A stretch of DNA of 64,000 bases from contig OZ244042.1 of assembly GCA_965215015.1 (NCBI GenBank), positions 5,856,001-5,920,000 on the forward strand. The letters are read 5' to 3'. The translations under genes were made by a program, and so were the position numbers. Every line of letters starts with the position of its first letter. The stretch's first letter is position 1. The notes beneath the pieces are model-generated. The model saw nothing but the letters and a program-made list of their open reading frames with translations, had not been told where the DNA came from and made no database searches. Source of the stretch: Candidatus Poribacteria bacterium (GTDB taxonomy: Bacteria > Poribacteria > WGA-4E > PCPOR2b). Shown in pieces: positions 20,274 through 29,228 of the stretch.

Positions 20274-23200
20274 TTAGATTAACGCCGCGCTGCAGATAAT
20301 CTTGGGAACAGCTTCATTCTCAAGTTGGTCATCCCGCTGCCTCGATTCCCATTCCCCCATGTTATATTGGTGGTAAAGGTCGATCAGATTTTGTAATAAT
20401 ACCGTTCCAGTCACACCGTTTCGGCGCAGTAAATTGAGATCTCGATTCACGGCGGTCGTCATTGTCCCACGGAACACCTTTTCCAACCTGCTAGCTTGAG
20501 CAGCAACGTCCTCATCTGACGCGTTCGCAAAAATGAGTCGCAATTCCTTTAGTATGTACTGTTGTGCTGGCTTCAGGGAAAGTTTGTGCTTGCGCTCCGA
20601 TTGCGAGTTTTTGATTTCCTGAGTGAATAACTGCTTGACCCCCATGAGGACTGCGTTATAATCCGTAGGCAACTCGCCCCCGGCAAGTTCCGGTTCACAC
20701 TTAATCTGATTGAGGATGCGGGAGATGTCTCTGGAAATAATGTTACCTTGTTCGTCTAAAAGGAACAGTTGTTGATAACGCCCCGCTTGGCAGAACAGAT
20801 AGGTTCCTTTTGAACCTATTGGCATTGCTGCGCGAATCCCGTCTCTCAGATTCGCAATTCGTTCGTACTCCATCGGGTCGTCGCGCCGCAGCTGCCTCAG
20901 GATTTCTTCGGCTTCGTTGAGGTCAATAGTCTTTTCATCTTCGTCATCTTCAAACAGGCCCAACTGCTCGCCTTCCCCCTCATAGATGGCATACATCGCT
21001 GCTTCGTTAAGTTGTTCCGAGTTATCGAGGATAGCCGCGTCCTCGCCAATCGTATCGTGAATATCTTGGATGCGATGCTGAAGGATTTGTCGCAACCCCA
21101 AATTTTGTTCGATGCCAGTTTCTGGTAGAAAGTTGAAGCCGTAAATCACATCGTGCGCGCTACCGATACGGTCAATACGCCCGAATCGCTGGATCAATCG
21201 TACGGGATTCCAGTGGAGGTCGTAGTTAATAATTTTGTCGCTGTCCTGTAAGTTGAGCCCTTCTGCCAGCACGTCGGTAGCGATGAGGGTAGACAATTCC
21301 GACTCTCCGCGCTGAAATTGGTACTCTGGATTTGCTTTCGGTGCGAAACGCCCCACTGCTCGTTCTTTGCTTTTGTCACCGCTATAGATTACATCAACAT
21401 CAGCCCGTTTGCCATTAGGGTTCAGGTTGCCAAACAGATAACGCGCTGTATCCGCATATTGGGTGAAGATTAGACATTTCCCCTCGTTAAGTGGCGGTTC
21501 CGCCAATCGTTTTTTGAGGATTTGCAACTTCGCATCTTGCGCGGCGGTGATTGGTGATACAAGCCCCAACATTGTGCGTAGCAATTGGATGTCATGTTCA
21601 ATATCTGCACGCAGTTCATCAATTTTGAAATCCGCAATATTGTATTGTACTGAAGCATGCCGCAACGCCTCCATCAGGTCCTGTTCCTCCGCCTCGTTGG
21701 GTTCGTAGAGGATGTTTTGTGCTGCCTCACCGGCAGGGACAATGCCACCTTCAAGGGCTTCGAGAAAGCGTTTATGGACCTCCAACAACCGATGCACCGT
21801 TACCTTAAAAGCGTGCACACTGGATTCAAACCGTTTGAATAGGAGTATCCGCATCAACCCACGAAGGTTTATTCCTGAGCTTTGCAAGTTGGTGTAAGGC
21901 TCTTGTTTCTGCTTTGCCTCGATCACGTAGTTCCAAAGCCCGTAACGGGCATAGGTTAATTCATCAGCCGAGGAGGAGCTCAACGGGCTGCCGCGCGGTG
22001 TTCCCAAATGCTCCCGCAGCTTAAAGTAAAGGCCCTGATAGGTGTCCTCGATATTGTAGGAGATAGTTTCTAAGACACGCTTCGGGAAGAACTGCTTTTC
22101 CCCACCGACAACGACGTAAGCCTTGCGATGTCCATCAAGGTACTCCTGAAATTTCGATGGATCAACGGGTTGGTCGGTCTTTCCATCGAAACCGTACCAG
22201 CGCAGGATGTGATTACGGGTGCGTCGGAGGAGGATATTCCTCAATAGGTCGGGGAGATTTTTTTCTCGCTTCTCAATCTGGCGAAAATATGTCCGCAGGT
22301 TGGGCGGATCTATTGGTAAATCGGTGACGTCATCGGGATGAAAGAGTTTCATCTGGTGGTATATGTCCCAAGCACTCTTGTTGCGCGGCGTCGCCGTGAG
22401 AAAACAACACCGCTGTCCGGCGGTTAAAAAGGTTTCCAACACTTTGTAGCGTTGCGTGTCGGAGTGGCGGAAATTATGGCTCTCGTCAACCAGTATGAAA
22501 TTCCGATCGCGGTATATCACGTCATCAAGAATATCCTGTCCACCGCCACTTTCTCGTAAAGCTCCTATAGAAAGGACACGGGCGTTGAGTTGGTACACCT
22601 CATTGTAGCGATCCCACATTTTAACCAACGGAGCGGGACAGATAATCAGTGGACGTGCCTTTTCCGTCCGTTCAAAATGCTTGACAATCGCTGCGCCGAT
22701 GTAGCTTTTACCGAGACCGACAACATCTGCAACAAAGGCTCCGCCATAATCCCGAATAATCTGCACCGCCTGTTGGACAGCAACTTTCTGGAAATCCGCT
22801 AACTGTTTGGTAATGTCATCTTCCCAGAGCATGTCCCCCTCATCGCCCCCTTCAAGACGGTCTTTAACCAATTCATAAAGTGTTTTCATGTAAATGTCAT
22901 AGGGACTCACCGGGGCAATCGCCCAAGATGATTGTAGTACCTCCATCAGAGATTCATCGAAATCCTGCGCTTCATCCCAGAGTTCGTCGAACCAGCGACA
23001 CAGTTCAGCATGATTGGCGTTCCCTTGCACCACAACGTTTAACTCGGTATTGTGGCTCACACCGGATAGCGTGAGGTTAGACGACCCCACAACAGCGATG
23101 CCCTTTTCGTAACGCTCCTTACCACCATAATCAAATATGTAGGCTTTGGCGTGGAGTCGCCCTTTGGTATAGACGCGGGCAAGTAGCCGCTTTTCTACTA

Positions 23201-23582
23201 TCATCTTTGCCAGCATTTTAATCAATGCCTCACTTTCATCGGTCTGGTCCATCAACTCGACCGACTCCGTGATATTCTCTGCGGTTTCTGCCCTCATCTG
23301 CTGATTTTTGGTTCGCTTGGGGTAAGTCTGGGCTTCTGCAACATTGGCAACCTGTTCTAATCTGCGATACCCTTCTGCTAGCTGCTCTAACGTCTCACGA
23401 TTGGTGGTATTGCCGATCAGCAGGCGGAGCTCTTTGACCTGCTGGAGCTCTTTCGCAATGCTTTGAAATCCTGATAGGAAAAAGTAACCCACTGCGAATC
23501 GTGCTCTTTCAGTAGAGTCGAGGATGAGGTTGATGTGGTCAACCAACTTTTCGTTGCGGTTGTCGATGACGTCGTGTTTCAT
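20274..23582 (-). CDS. PLD-family nuclease fused to SNF2/SF2 helicase (RM/DISARM-like restriction component)
   Basis: HAKAYIFD (HxKx4D) and GSSN; helicase motifs ADVVGLGKS, DESH, TATP, EGLNLQ, QRFGRIDR. Confidence 0.9.
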   Translation of the reverse strand: MKHDVIDNRNEKLVDHINLILDSTERARFAVGYFFLSGFQSIAKELQQVKELRLLIGNTTNRETLEQLAEGYRRLEQVANVAEAQTYPKRTKNQQMRAETAENITESVELMDQTDESEALIKMLAKMIVEKRLLARVYTKGRLHAKAYIFDYGGKERYEKGIAVVGSSNLTLSGVSHNTELNVVVQGNANHAELCRWFDELWDEAQDFDESLMEVLQSSWAIAPVSPYDIYMKTLYELVKDRLEGGDEGDMLWEDDITKQLADFQKVAVQQAVQIIRDYGGAFVADVVGLGKSYIGAAIVKHFERTEKARPLIICPAPLVKMWDRYNEVYQLNARVLSIGALRESGGGQDILDDVIYRDRNFILVDESHNFRHSDTQRYKVLETFLTAGQRCCFLTATPRNKSAWDIYHQMKLFHPDDVTDLPIDPPNLRTYFRQIEKREKNLPDLLRNILLRRTRNHILRWYGFDGKTDQPVDPSKFQEYLDGHRKAYVVVGGEKQFFPKRVLETISYNIEDTYQGLYFKLREHLGTPRGSPLSSSSADELTYARYGLWNYVIEAKQKQEPYTNLQSSGINLRGLMRILLFKRFESSVHAFKVTVHRLLEVHKRFLEALEGGIVPAGEAAQNILYEPNEAEEQDLMEALRHASVQYNIADFKIDELRADIEHDIQLLRTMLGLVSPITAAQDAKLQILKKRLAEPPLNEGKCLIFTQYADTARYLFGNLNPNGKRADVDVIYSGDKSKERAVGRFAPKANPEYQFQRGESELSTLIATDVLAEGLNLQDSDKIINYDLHWNPVRLIQRFGRIDRIGSAHDVIYGFNFLPETGIEQNLGLRQILQHRIQDIHDTIGEDAAILDNSEQLNEAAMYAIYEGEGEQLGLFEDDEDEKTIDLNEAEEILRQLRRDDPMEYERIANLRDGIRAAMPIGSKGTYLFCQAGRYQQLFLLDEQGNIISRDISRILNQIKCEPELAGGELPTDYNAVLMGVKQLFTQEIKNSQSERKHKLSLKPAQQYILKELRLIFANASDEDVAAQASRLEKVFRGTMTTAVNRDLNLLRRNGVTGTVLLQNLIDLYHQYNMGEWESRQRDDQLENEAVPKIICSAALI

Positions 23583-23633
23583 TTCGGTTGCTTTCCCTAA
23601 TTTTTTTCGTTCAATCCCTTAAGGAATGAATGG

Positions 23634-23951
23634 TTACTCTGTCCGCAACGTTTGTCCGATATATTCGTCGTGTCGCTCGCTGAGATTAGTGGCTTTGTAT
23701 TCTAACGTACCCGCCAACGCTAGTAGTGGATCGGGATTGTCGGACATCGTTTTCCGTAAGTAACTGTCGTTTTCTACTATCTTGTCTAAGGCACTTTCGG
23801 CAGATAAATTTGCCTGCTTGTGTTCACGCCTTTCAACTAGAGCTACAATCCATCGAACGGTCATTTCCTCGGGAGCGTTCCCAAATTGTTGGGCAATACG
23901 TTTTAGGGAATGATACAATCTGTTCTCAAGTTTGACCGTTAATGTTTGCAT
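23634..23951 (-). CDS. small antitoxin-like protein (RHH-like N-terminus); no toxin adjacent
   Basis: MQTLTVKL...LYHSLKRIAQ N-terminus and DPLLALAG...LSERHDEY C-terminus resemble PIN-toxin partner antitoxins (from recall). Confidence 0.55.
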   Translation of the reverse strand: MQTLTVKLENRLYHSLKRIAQQFGNAPEEMTVRWIVALVERREHKQANLSAESALDKIVENDSYLRKTMSDNPDPLLALAGTLEYKATNLSERHDEYIGQTLRTE

Positions 23952-23983
23952 TGGCTTGTATCTCCTACGGGATGTGATCGTTA

Positions 23984-24454
23984 TTACTCCCTTGCCCAAT
24001 CCACCAGTGCTTTATCCGGAGATGGGATGTCATTGATGGATGTGAAATAGTAGCGTTCCCATCCGAGATGAGGCAGACCGCTGAAAATCATCAGGTTGAG
24101 TGGGTATTCATCGCTATCGGCGGCATGTCGGAAGTCGTCCCGAAATAGGAAGGTGGGCTTGCCTAGTGCTATCGCTATCCCTAGCTCAATCATGACTCCT
24201 TCATCTGGCGGTATTCCGTTCACGACCGCAAAAATAGCGTCCGCGTCGAATACGTCCTGTTTGTCCTGCTGTCCAATTCGGTACGCCCAGTCGGAGGAGG
24301 ATCTGTCTTGGTTATTGCGTTCAAACGGCTCCCATACCTCTAAGCCAATCGCTTCCAATGCCTTGACGAGAGCGGGTAACACGGTTTCCCGCTGCTGCTC
24401 TGAGAAGCCGTAGGGATTCGCAAGATATATTATCTTTTTTTTATTTATGGTCAT
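23984..24454 (-). CDS. nucleoside 2-deoxyribosyltransferase (NDT)-like protein
   Basis: IYLANPYGF, D...ADAIFAV, DEGVMIELGIAIALGKP with catalytic Glu. Confidence 0.85.
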   Translation of the reverse strand: MTINKKKIIYLANPYGFSEQQRETVLPALVKALEAIGLEVWEPFERNNQDRSSSDWAYRIGQQDKQDVFDADAIFAVVNGIPPDEGVMIELGIAIALGKPTFLFRDDFRHAADSDEYPLNLMIFSGLPHLGWERYYFTSINDIPSPDKALVDWARE

Positions 24455-24459
24455 CGGTC

Positions 24460-25683
24460 TTACAATTTCCTTTCTTCTTGCAGGGATTTGGCCGCAAAAA
24501 TTGTTAAGCGTAATTCTTCGCCGAATAGTTCGTATACAGGGATTTTACCGCTCAGTTTCTCACTTTCGTTCAAAATGATGCCAACCCCTTCACCCCGACG
24601 TTCTAAAAAGTGTCGTCGCACTACCTGTGCATCCATATCATCGTTGAGTGTCGTTTCCGAAAGTAGGCGAGCGAGGAGTTCGTTACGGGTCGCTTGATTG
24701 TAGCGCAAATCGTCTACCGTTAAGGTATTTGCCAATGCACCCGGCGAATAGAGTTCCAACCGATCCATGAACATAAACAGACGAATCTTCGATCCAGCTT
24801 TTGAATAATCTCTATGTACGACGGCGTTAACCACTGCCTCAAAAATGGCTCTCATACTGTATTGTGATCGCTCTATTCTACCAATTTCCTTACGAGCCGA
24901 TACCTGGTTGTGTTTTTGAACAAATTTGAAGGCATCCACAATTTGTTGGTCCAGCGGCCCCCTAAAATCCTTAGCATCAATCTGGTAGTTCGCATCCCTT
25001 TCTATGCTATTATAGAAAACAGCTTGAATGAAACTGTTATAGAGGTAATCGTCCGGGCTATCATGACACATCAACAAACCGGCTACCGAGGCGCGGTACT
25101 CCTGACCCTCTTTGGCCAGCAAACGTCTTTTAAGTAGCAAGTTTTCTATCTTCCCACGATCAGTTGCTCCTTCTGTGATAAATCGCTGATACAGCGTTTC
25201 CTTTAATGTGTCTTTGTGGGTGTTGGGTACGAACTGTTCGTCAAAGGAGATTCTATGTGCCTGTGAGCGGCTTTGTAGCAATCGCCCCAGCTGCTCGGTG
25301 GTCATCTCCCTTTTGCTGCTGCCTTGGCGGAGGAAATAACCGTTAGATGTTTTGTGGACAAACGGGCTACGAGGCACCCCTATTTTTAGCAGATTTTTAT
25401 TATCCATCCGCAGCTTTTCTGTAACAATGTCAACCATGGGGTCAATGTTGTCCCGGCATATTTCAACCACTGTTTTCTCGATCCTGTCCAGATCTTGGCG
25501 GCTAATACCGATAATTTCGCTATCATCCTCAACACCGATCAGTATCACCCCACCGTTAGCGTTGGCGAAAGCAGCGATTTCATCAGCCAGGCCCTCTCTG
25601 TGAGGCAACTCTCTTTTAAATTCAATCGTTGAGTCCTCTCCCAAATCTATTTTTTCAATGAGCTCAGTTAAGCTGTCAAACAT
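24460..25683 (-). CDS. AlbA_2/Schlafen domain + HATPase_c_4 protein
   Basis: GEDSTIEFKRE, IAAFANANGGVILIGVEDD; FEAVVNAVVHRDYS, SPGAL, RNELLA, ERRGEG. Confidence 0.88.
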   Translation of the reverse strand: MFDSLTELIEKIDLGEDSTIEFKRELPHREGLADEIAAFANANGGVILIGVEDDSEIIGISRQDLDRIEKTVVEICRDNIDPMVDIVTEKLRMDNKNLLKIGVPRSPFVHKTSNGYFLRQGSSKREMTTEQLGRLLQSRSQAHRISFDEQFVPNTHKDTLKETLYQRFITEGATDRGKIENLLLKRRLLAKEGQEYRASVAGLLMCHDSPDDYLYNSFIQAVFYNSIERDANYQIDAKDFRGPLDQQIVDAFKFVQKHNQVSARKEIGRIERSQYSMRAIFEAVVNAVVHRDYSKAGSKIRLFMFMDRLELYSPGALANTLTVDDLRYNQATRNELLARLLSETTLNDDMDAQVVRRHFLERRGEGVGIILNESEKLSGKIPVYELFGEELRLTIFAAKSLQEERKL

Positions 25684-25782
25684 TGCTTATTCCCCAAATC
25701 AATATATTAACTTTTGGTGCGAGTTGGTGAGACTGTCGTTTCCACATCTAAGCCCCCCTTCCCCCGCAAGCAGGGGGTTCTT

Positions 25783-25957
25783 TTCGACTTCCATGACCGC
25801 AACGCGAAAGAAAAAACCAGAATTTAGAGGTCCTCTAACCCGAGATTGGATGAGCTGTGGCGGACAATTTTGGGGAGAATCTAAATCTGTTAACATAAAC
25901 ATATAAGGGGGGCCGCAGCTAATCGATTCAGTTCTAAGGATTACCCCGTTTAGGCTC
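25783..25957 (-). pseudogene. relic C of the TOPRIM-like nuclease gene (internal ~154 bp plus 5' end)
   Basis: Near-identical to 28929-29083, joined directly to a copy of about 29206-29226. Confidence 0.9.
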
Positions 25958-26200
25958 GTAGTAGCGCAATTCATTGCGCGTGGAATAGCCCCAGAACGCT
26001 TGCAGCGAGTGCACCCTCAACTCCAAGGATTACGCTGTTTAGGCGCATTAGCCGTAAGCCTAACAAGTGGGAGTTGTCAACCTTCACGTTGAAAACATGA
26101 AGGTTATAAATCCTCCCCCTAACAATCAGCTAACAGAGAGACTAACAGACAGTTTTAAGCCAGAAGGTTATAAATCTTTTTGTTCAGCAAAAAGCCAACA

Positions 26201-26716
26201 TCAACTATCGTTGGCTCTTGGTGGGTTCTGACCATGATGTGTTAAGTGGTTGATATGGTTCTGGTTAAGTTGTCGGATGCCTGCTTCTATGTCCGATAGC
26301 CGCTGATTCATCTCAGTAAAACGATAATTGGTTTCGACTTGCATATCAGATAAACGCTGATTCATCTCAGTAAAACGATGATTGGTTTCGACTTGCATGT
26401 CAGATAATCGTTGATTGGTATCATCAATGCGCTTGTTTGTATCGTCGAATCGCTGGTTCATCGTGCCGATGACTTCATCAATGCGCTTGTTTGTATCGTC
26501 GAATCGCTGGTTCATCGTGCCGATGACTTCAACGAAACGCTTGTCCATCCGGTCTTCGAGGCGTTCAAACGCGTGAAAGAGCATCTCACTATGTTTTTCT
26601 ATCTTCTTATCGTTTTGCCCAATGCGGTAGAACATAATCGCTACATTCCCAATGAACGCAACCACAGCGAATGCCACCAGTATCAGGTGACTTGGGCTCC
26701 AGTCTGCAAAACTCAT
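26201..26716 (-). CDS. membrane-anchored coiled-coil protein, array copy 1 (171 aa)
   Basis: MSFADWSPSH + TM helix, duplicated 18-aa repeats, C-terminal NQNHINHLTHH; AAGGAAGG upstream. Confidence 0.8.
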   Translation of the reverse strand: MSFADWSPSHLILVAFAVVAFIGNVAIMFYRIGQNDKKIEKHSEMLFHAFERLEDRMDKRFVEVIGTMNQRFDDTNKRIDEVIGTMNQRFDDTNKRIDDTNQRLSDMQVETNHRFTEMNQRLSDMQVETNYRFTEMNQRLSDIEAGIRQLNQNHINHLTHHGQNPPRANDS

Positions 26717-26861
26717 TTGTATCGTGTCCTTCCTTTTGGCCGCTAGGGTTTGGCGGATGATTATTACTGTCTGCATTGTCAATCGTCGCAGCCTAACGGA
26801 TAGCACGCATTCAAAAATAGCCAATCAACTCAGAGAAGGGAATCGCTAGATACCTTCCCAC

Positions 26862-26963
26862 TCAGCTCTGAAAGGCATCCGAAACTAATTGGGCGCCGCG
26901 GATGCGGTCTAAGGTGACCCCGCAGCTGAGCGATTACGTTCTAAGGATTGCCCCGTTTAGGCT
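26862..26963 (-). pseudogene. relic B (three-segment miniature) of the nuclease gene
   Basis: Concatenation of copies of about 28599-28649, 29050-29083 and 29206-29225. Confidence 0.8.
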
Positions 26964-27207
26964 AGTAGGAGCGCAATTCATGCCGCGTAGAATAGCCCCC
27001 AAACGCTTGCAGCGAGTGCACCCTCAACTCCAAGGATTACGCTGTTTAGGCGCATTAGCCGTAAGCCTAACAAGTGGGAGTTGTCAACATTCATGTTGAA
27101 AACATGAAGGTTATAAGTCCTCCCCCTAACAATCAGCTAACAGAGAGACTAACAGACAGTTTTAAGCCAGAAGGTTATAAATCTTTTTGTTCAGCAAAAA
27201 GCCAACA

Positions 27208-27735
27208 TCAACTATCGTTGGCTCTTGGTGGGTTCTGACCATGATGTGTTAAGTGGTTGATATGGTTCTGGTTAAGTTGTCGGAGGCTCGCTTCTATGTC
27301 CGATAGCCGCTGATTCATCTCAGTAAAACGATGATTCGTTTCGGCTTGCATATCAGATAAACGCTGATTCATCTCAGTAAAACGATGATTGGTTTCGGCT
27401 TGCATCTCAGTAAAACGATGATTGGTTTCGGCTTGCATATCAGATAAACGCTGATTGGTTTCGGCTTGCATGTCAGATAATCGTTGATTGGTATCATCAA
27501 TGCGCTTGTTTGTCTCGTCGAATCGCTGGTTCATGCTGCCGATGACTTCAACGAAACGCTTGTCCATCCGGTCTTCGAGCCGTTCAAACGCGTGAAAGAG
27601 CGTCTCACTATATTTGTCTATCTTCTTATCGTTTTGCCCAATGCGGTAGAACATAATCGCTACATTCCCAATGAACGCAACGACAGCGAATGCCACCAGT
27701 ATCAGGTGACTTGGGCTCCAGTCTGCAAAGCTCAT
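27208..27735 (-). CDS. membrane-anchored coiled-coil protein, array copy 2 (175 aa)
   Basis: Same termini as copy 1; 11- and 7-aa repeats (NQRLSDMQAET, NHRFTEM). Confidence 0.8.
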   Translation of the reverse strand: MSFADWSPSHLILVAFAVVAFIGNVAIMFYRIGQNDKKIDKYSETLFHAFERLEDRMDKRFVEVIGSMNQRFDETNKRIDDTNQRLSDMQAETNQRLSDMQAETNHRFTEMQAETNHRFTEMNQRLSDMQAETNHRFTEMNQRLSDIEASLRQLNQNHINHLTHHGQNPPRANDS

Positions 27736-27880
27736 TTGTATCGTCTCCTTCCTTTTGGCCGCTGGAGTTTGTCGGATGATTATTACTGTCTGCATCGTCA
27801 ATTGTCGCAGACTAACGGATACCACGGATTCAAAAATAGCCAATCAACTCAGAGAAGGGAATCGCTAGATACCTTCCCAC

Positions 27881-27985
27881 TCAGCTCTGAAACGCGTCGG
27901 AAACTAATTGTGCGCCGCGGATGCGGTCTAAGGTGGCCCCGCGGCTGAGCGATTATGTTCTAACGATTACCCTGTTTAGGCTCAT
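27881..27985 (-). pseudogene. relic A (105-bp three-segment miniature) of the nuclease gene
   Basis: Retains the original ATG (MSLN) and the original end (...GAQLVSDAFQS*) in one frame, with a TAA at codon 11. Confidence 0.85.
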
Positions 27986-28078
27986 TAGCCGCAAACCTAA
28001 CAATCAGCTAACAGAGAGACTAACAGACAGTTTTAAGCCAGGAGGTTATAAATCTTTTTGTTCAGCAAAAAGCCAACA

Positions 28079-28453
28079 TCAACTATCGTTGGCTCTTGGT
28101 GGGTTCTGCCCATGATGTGTTAAGTGGTTGATATGGTTCTGGTTGAGTTTGCTCATTTCGACTTGCATATCAGACAATCTCTGATTCATTTCAGTTCGGA
28201 CGCCTGCGATCTCAGTTCGGACGCTTGCGATTTCGGTTCGCAAGCCTGCGATTTGCTGATTGACTTCAACGAATCGCTTGTCCATCCGTTCCTCGAGGCG
28301 TTCGATGGCATGAAGGAATGTAGCGACTTGCTTCTCTTGCCGTTTTTCGCTCTGCCCCATGCGATAGAACATGACAGCGACATGCCCAATGAACGCAACG
28401 ACAGCGAATGCCACCAGTATCAGGTGACTTGGGCTCCAGTCTGCAAAACTCAT
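28079..28453 (-). CDS. membrane-anchored coiled-coil protein, array copy 3 (124 aa)
   Basis: Same termini; a different heptad repeat (IAGLRTE/IASVRTE/IAGVRTE). Confidence 0.8.
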   Translation of the reverse strand: MSFADWSPSHLILVAFAVVAFIGHVAVMFYRMGQSEKRQEKQVATFLHAIERLEERMDKRFVEVNQQIAGLRTEIASVRTEIAGVRTEMNQRLSDMQVEMSKLNQNHINHLTHHGQNPPRANDS

Positions 28454-28598
28454 TTGTATCGTGTCCTTCCTTTTGGCCGCTGGAGTTTGGCGGATGATTA
28501 TTACTGTCTGCATCGTCAATTGTCGCAGACTAACGGATAGCACGCATTCAAAAATAGCCAATCAACTCAGAGAAGGGAATCGCTAGATACCTTCCCAC

Positions 28599-29228
28599 TC
28601 AGCTCTGAAAAACATCGGAAACTAATTGTGCGCCGCGGAGGCAGTCTAATGTTCTCTTCAGACTTGGAGATACAACAGCAGCACGTGCCAAATCCCAGTG
28701 GGTTTGTACGAATTCACTGAGGCAATTGTTATATTCAGGACCTACTATTGCGGTCGTCGCTCTTGGTGCAGGCACTAGCCGATCCCGCAATCTTGTCTTC
28801 TTACTCCTTCGGGCAAGTGAGACCAGAAATTCTTTGGGATTGTCTATATCGTCTGTGTTGGACGGAATCCGATTGACTGGTATTGATAGAAATTTTGCGA
28901 GGGCACTCCGATCCGCCATAATCCAAGATTCGACTTCCATGACCGCAACGCGAAAGAAAAAACCAGAATTTAGAGGGCCTCTAACCCAAGATTGGATGAG
29001 CTGTGGCGGACAATTTTGGGGAGAATCCAAATCTGTTAACATAAACATATAAGGTGGCCCCGCAGCTGAGCGATTCAGTTCTACGGCTCTTCTTTGAAGG
29101 TAAGAATTCCCTTGATATATATTTGGGATTCTTTGCACAATTTCGATACCAAAATGCTTTAGAATTTTAGTCGAAACTGCATTGCTTAGTGCATCCTCAA
29201 CTGCAAGGATTACGCTGTTTAGGCTCAT
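28599..29228 (-). CDS. TOPRIM-like nuclease (DUF4276-like)
   Basis: AVED, TDLD (DxD), EVESW..AD, SPSLKR; 1-bp overlap (TAATG) with the ATPase gene. Confidence 0.78.
   Translation of the reverse strand: MSLNSVILAVEDALSNAVSTKILKHFGIEIVQRIPNIYQGNSYLQRRAVELNRSAAGPPYMFMLTDLDSPQNCPPQLIQSWVRGPLNSGFFFRVAVMEVESWIMADRSALAKFLSIPVNRIPSNTDDIDNPKEFLVSLARRSKKTRLRDRLVPAPRATTAIVGPEYNNCLSEFVQTHWDLARAAVVSPSLKRTLDCLRGAQLVSDVFQS

Larger units (their letters stand above)
25783..28660 (-). repeat. tandem array of three ~0.9-1.0 kb units (nuclease relic, leader, coiled-coil gene, trailer)
   Basis: Stop codons at 26201, 27208 and 28079 lie in identical context; leaders and trailers are near-identical; periods are 1007 and 871 bp. 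Confidence 0.95.

Noticed and set aside
26717-26824. 36-aa N-terminal extensions of the coiled-coil ORFs in the ORF track
   Set aside because: They begin at TTG without a clear RBS; the purine-rich AAGGAAGG precedes MSFADW, the more plausible start (not proven).
25950-28100. Integron cassette array (GCCTAAC / GTTTAGGC motifs)
   Set aside because: No integrase, no complete attC with paired R and L boxes, and the units are paralogous duplicates rather than unrelated cassettes.
25783-29083. Diversity-generating retroelement (template/variable repeat pair 25783-25936 vs 28929-29083)
   Set aside because: Mismatches are not adenine-specific on either strand (G>T, A>G, C>T, indel) and there is no reverse transcriptase in the window.
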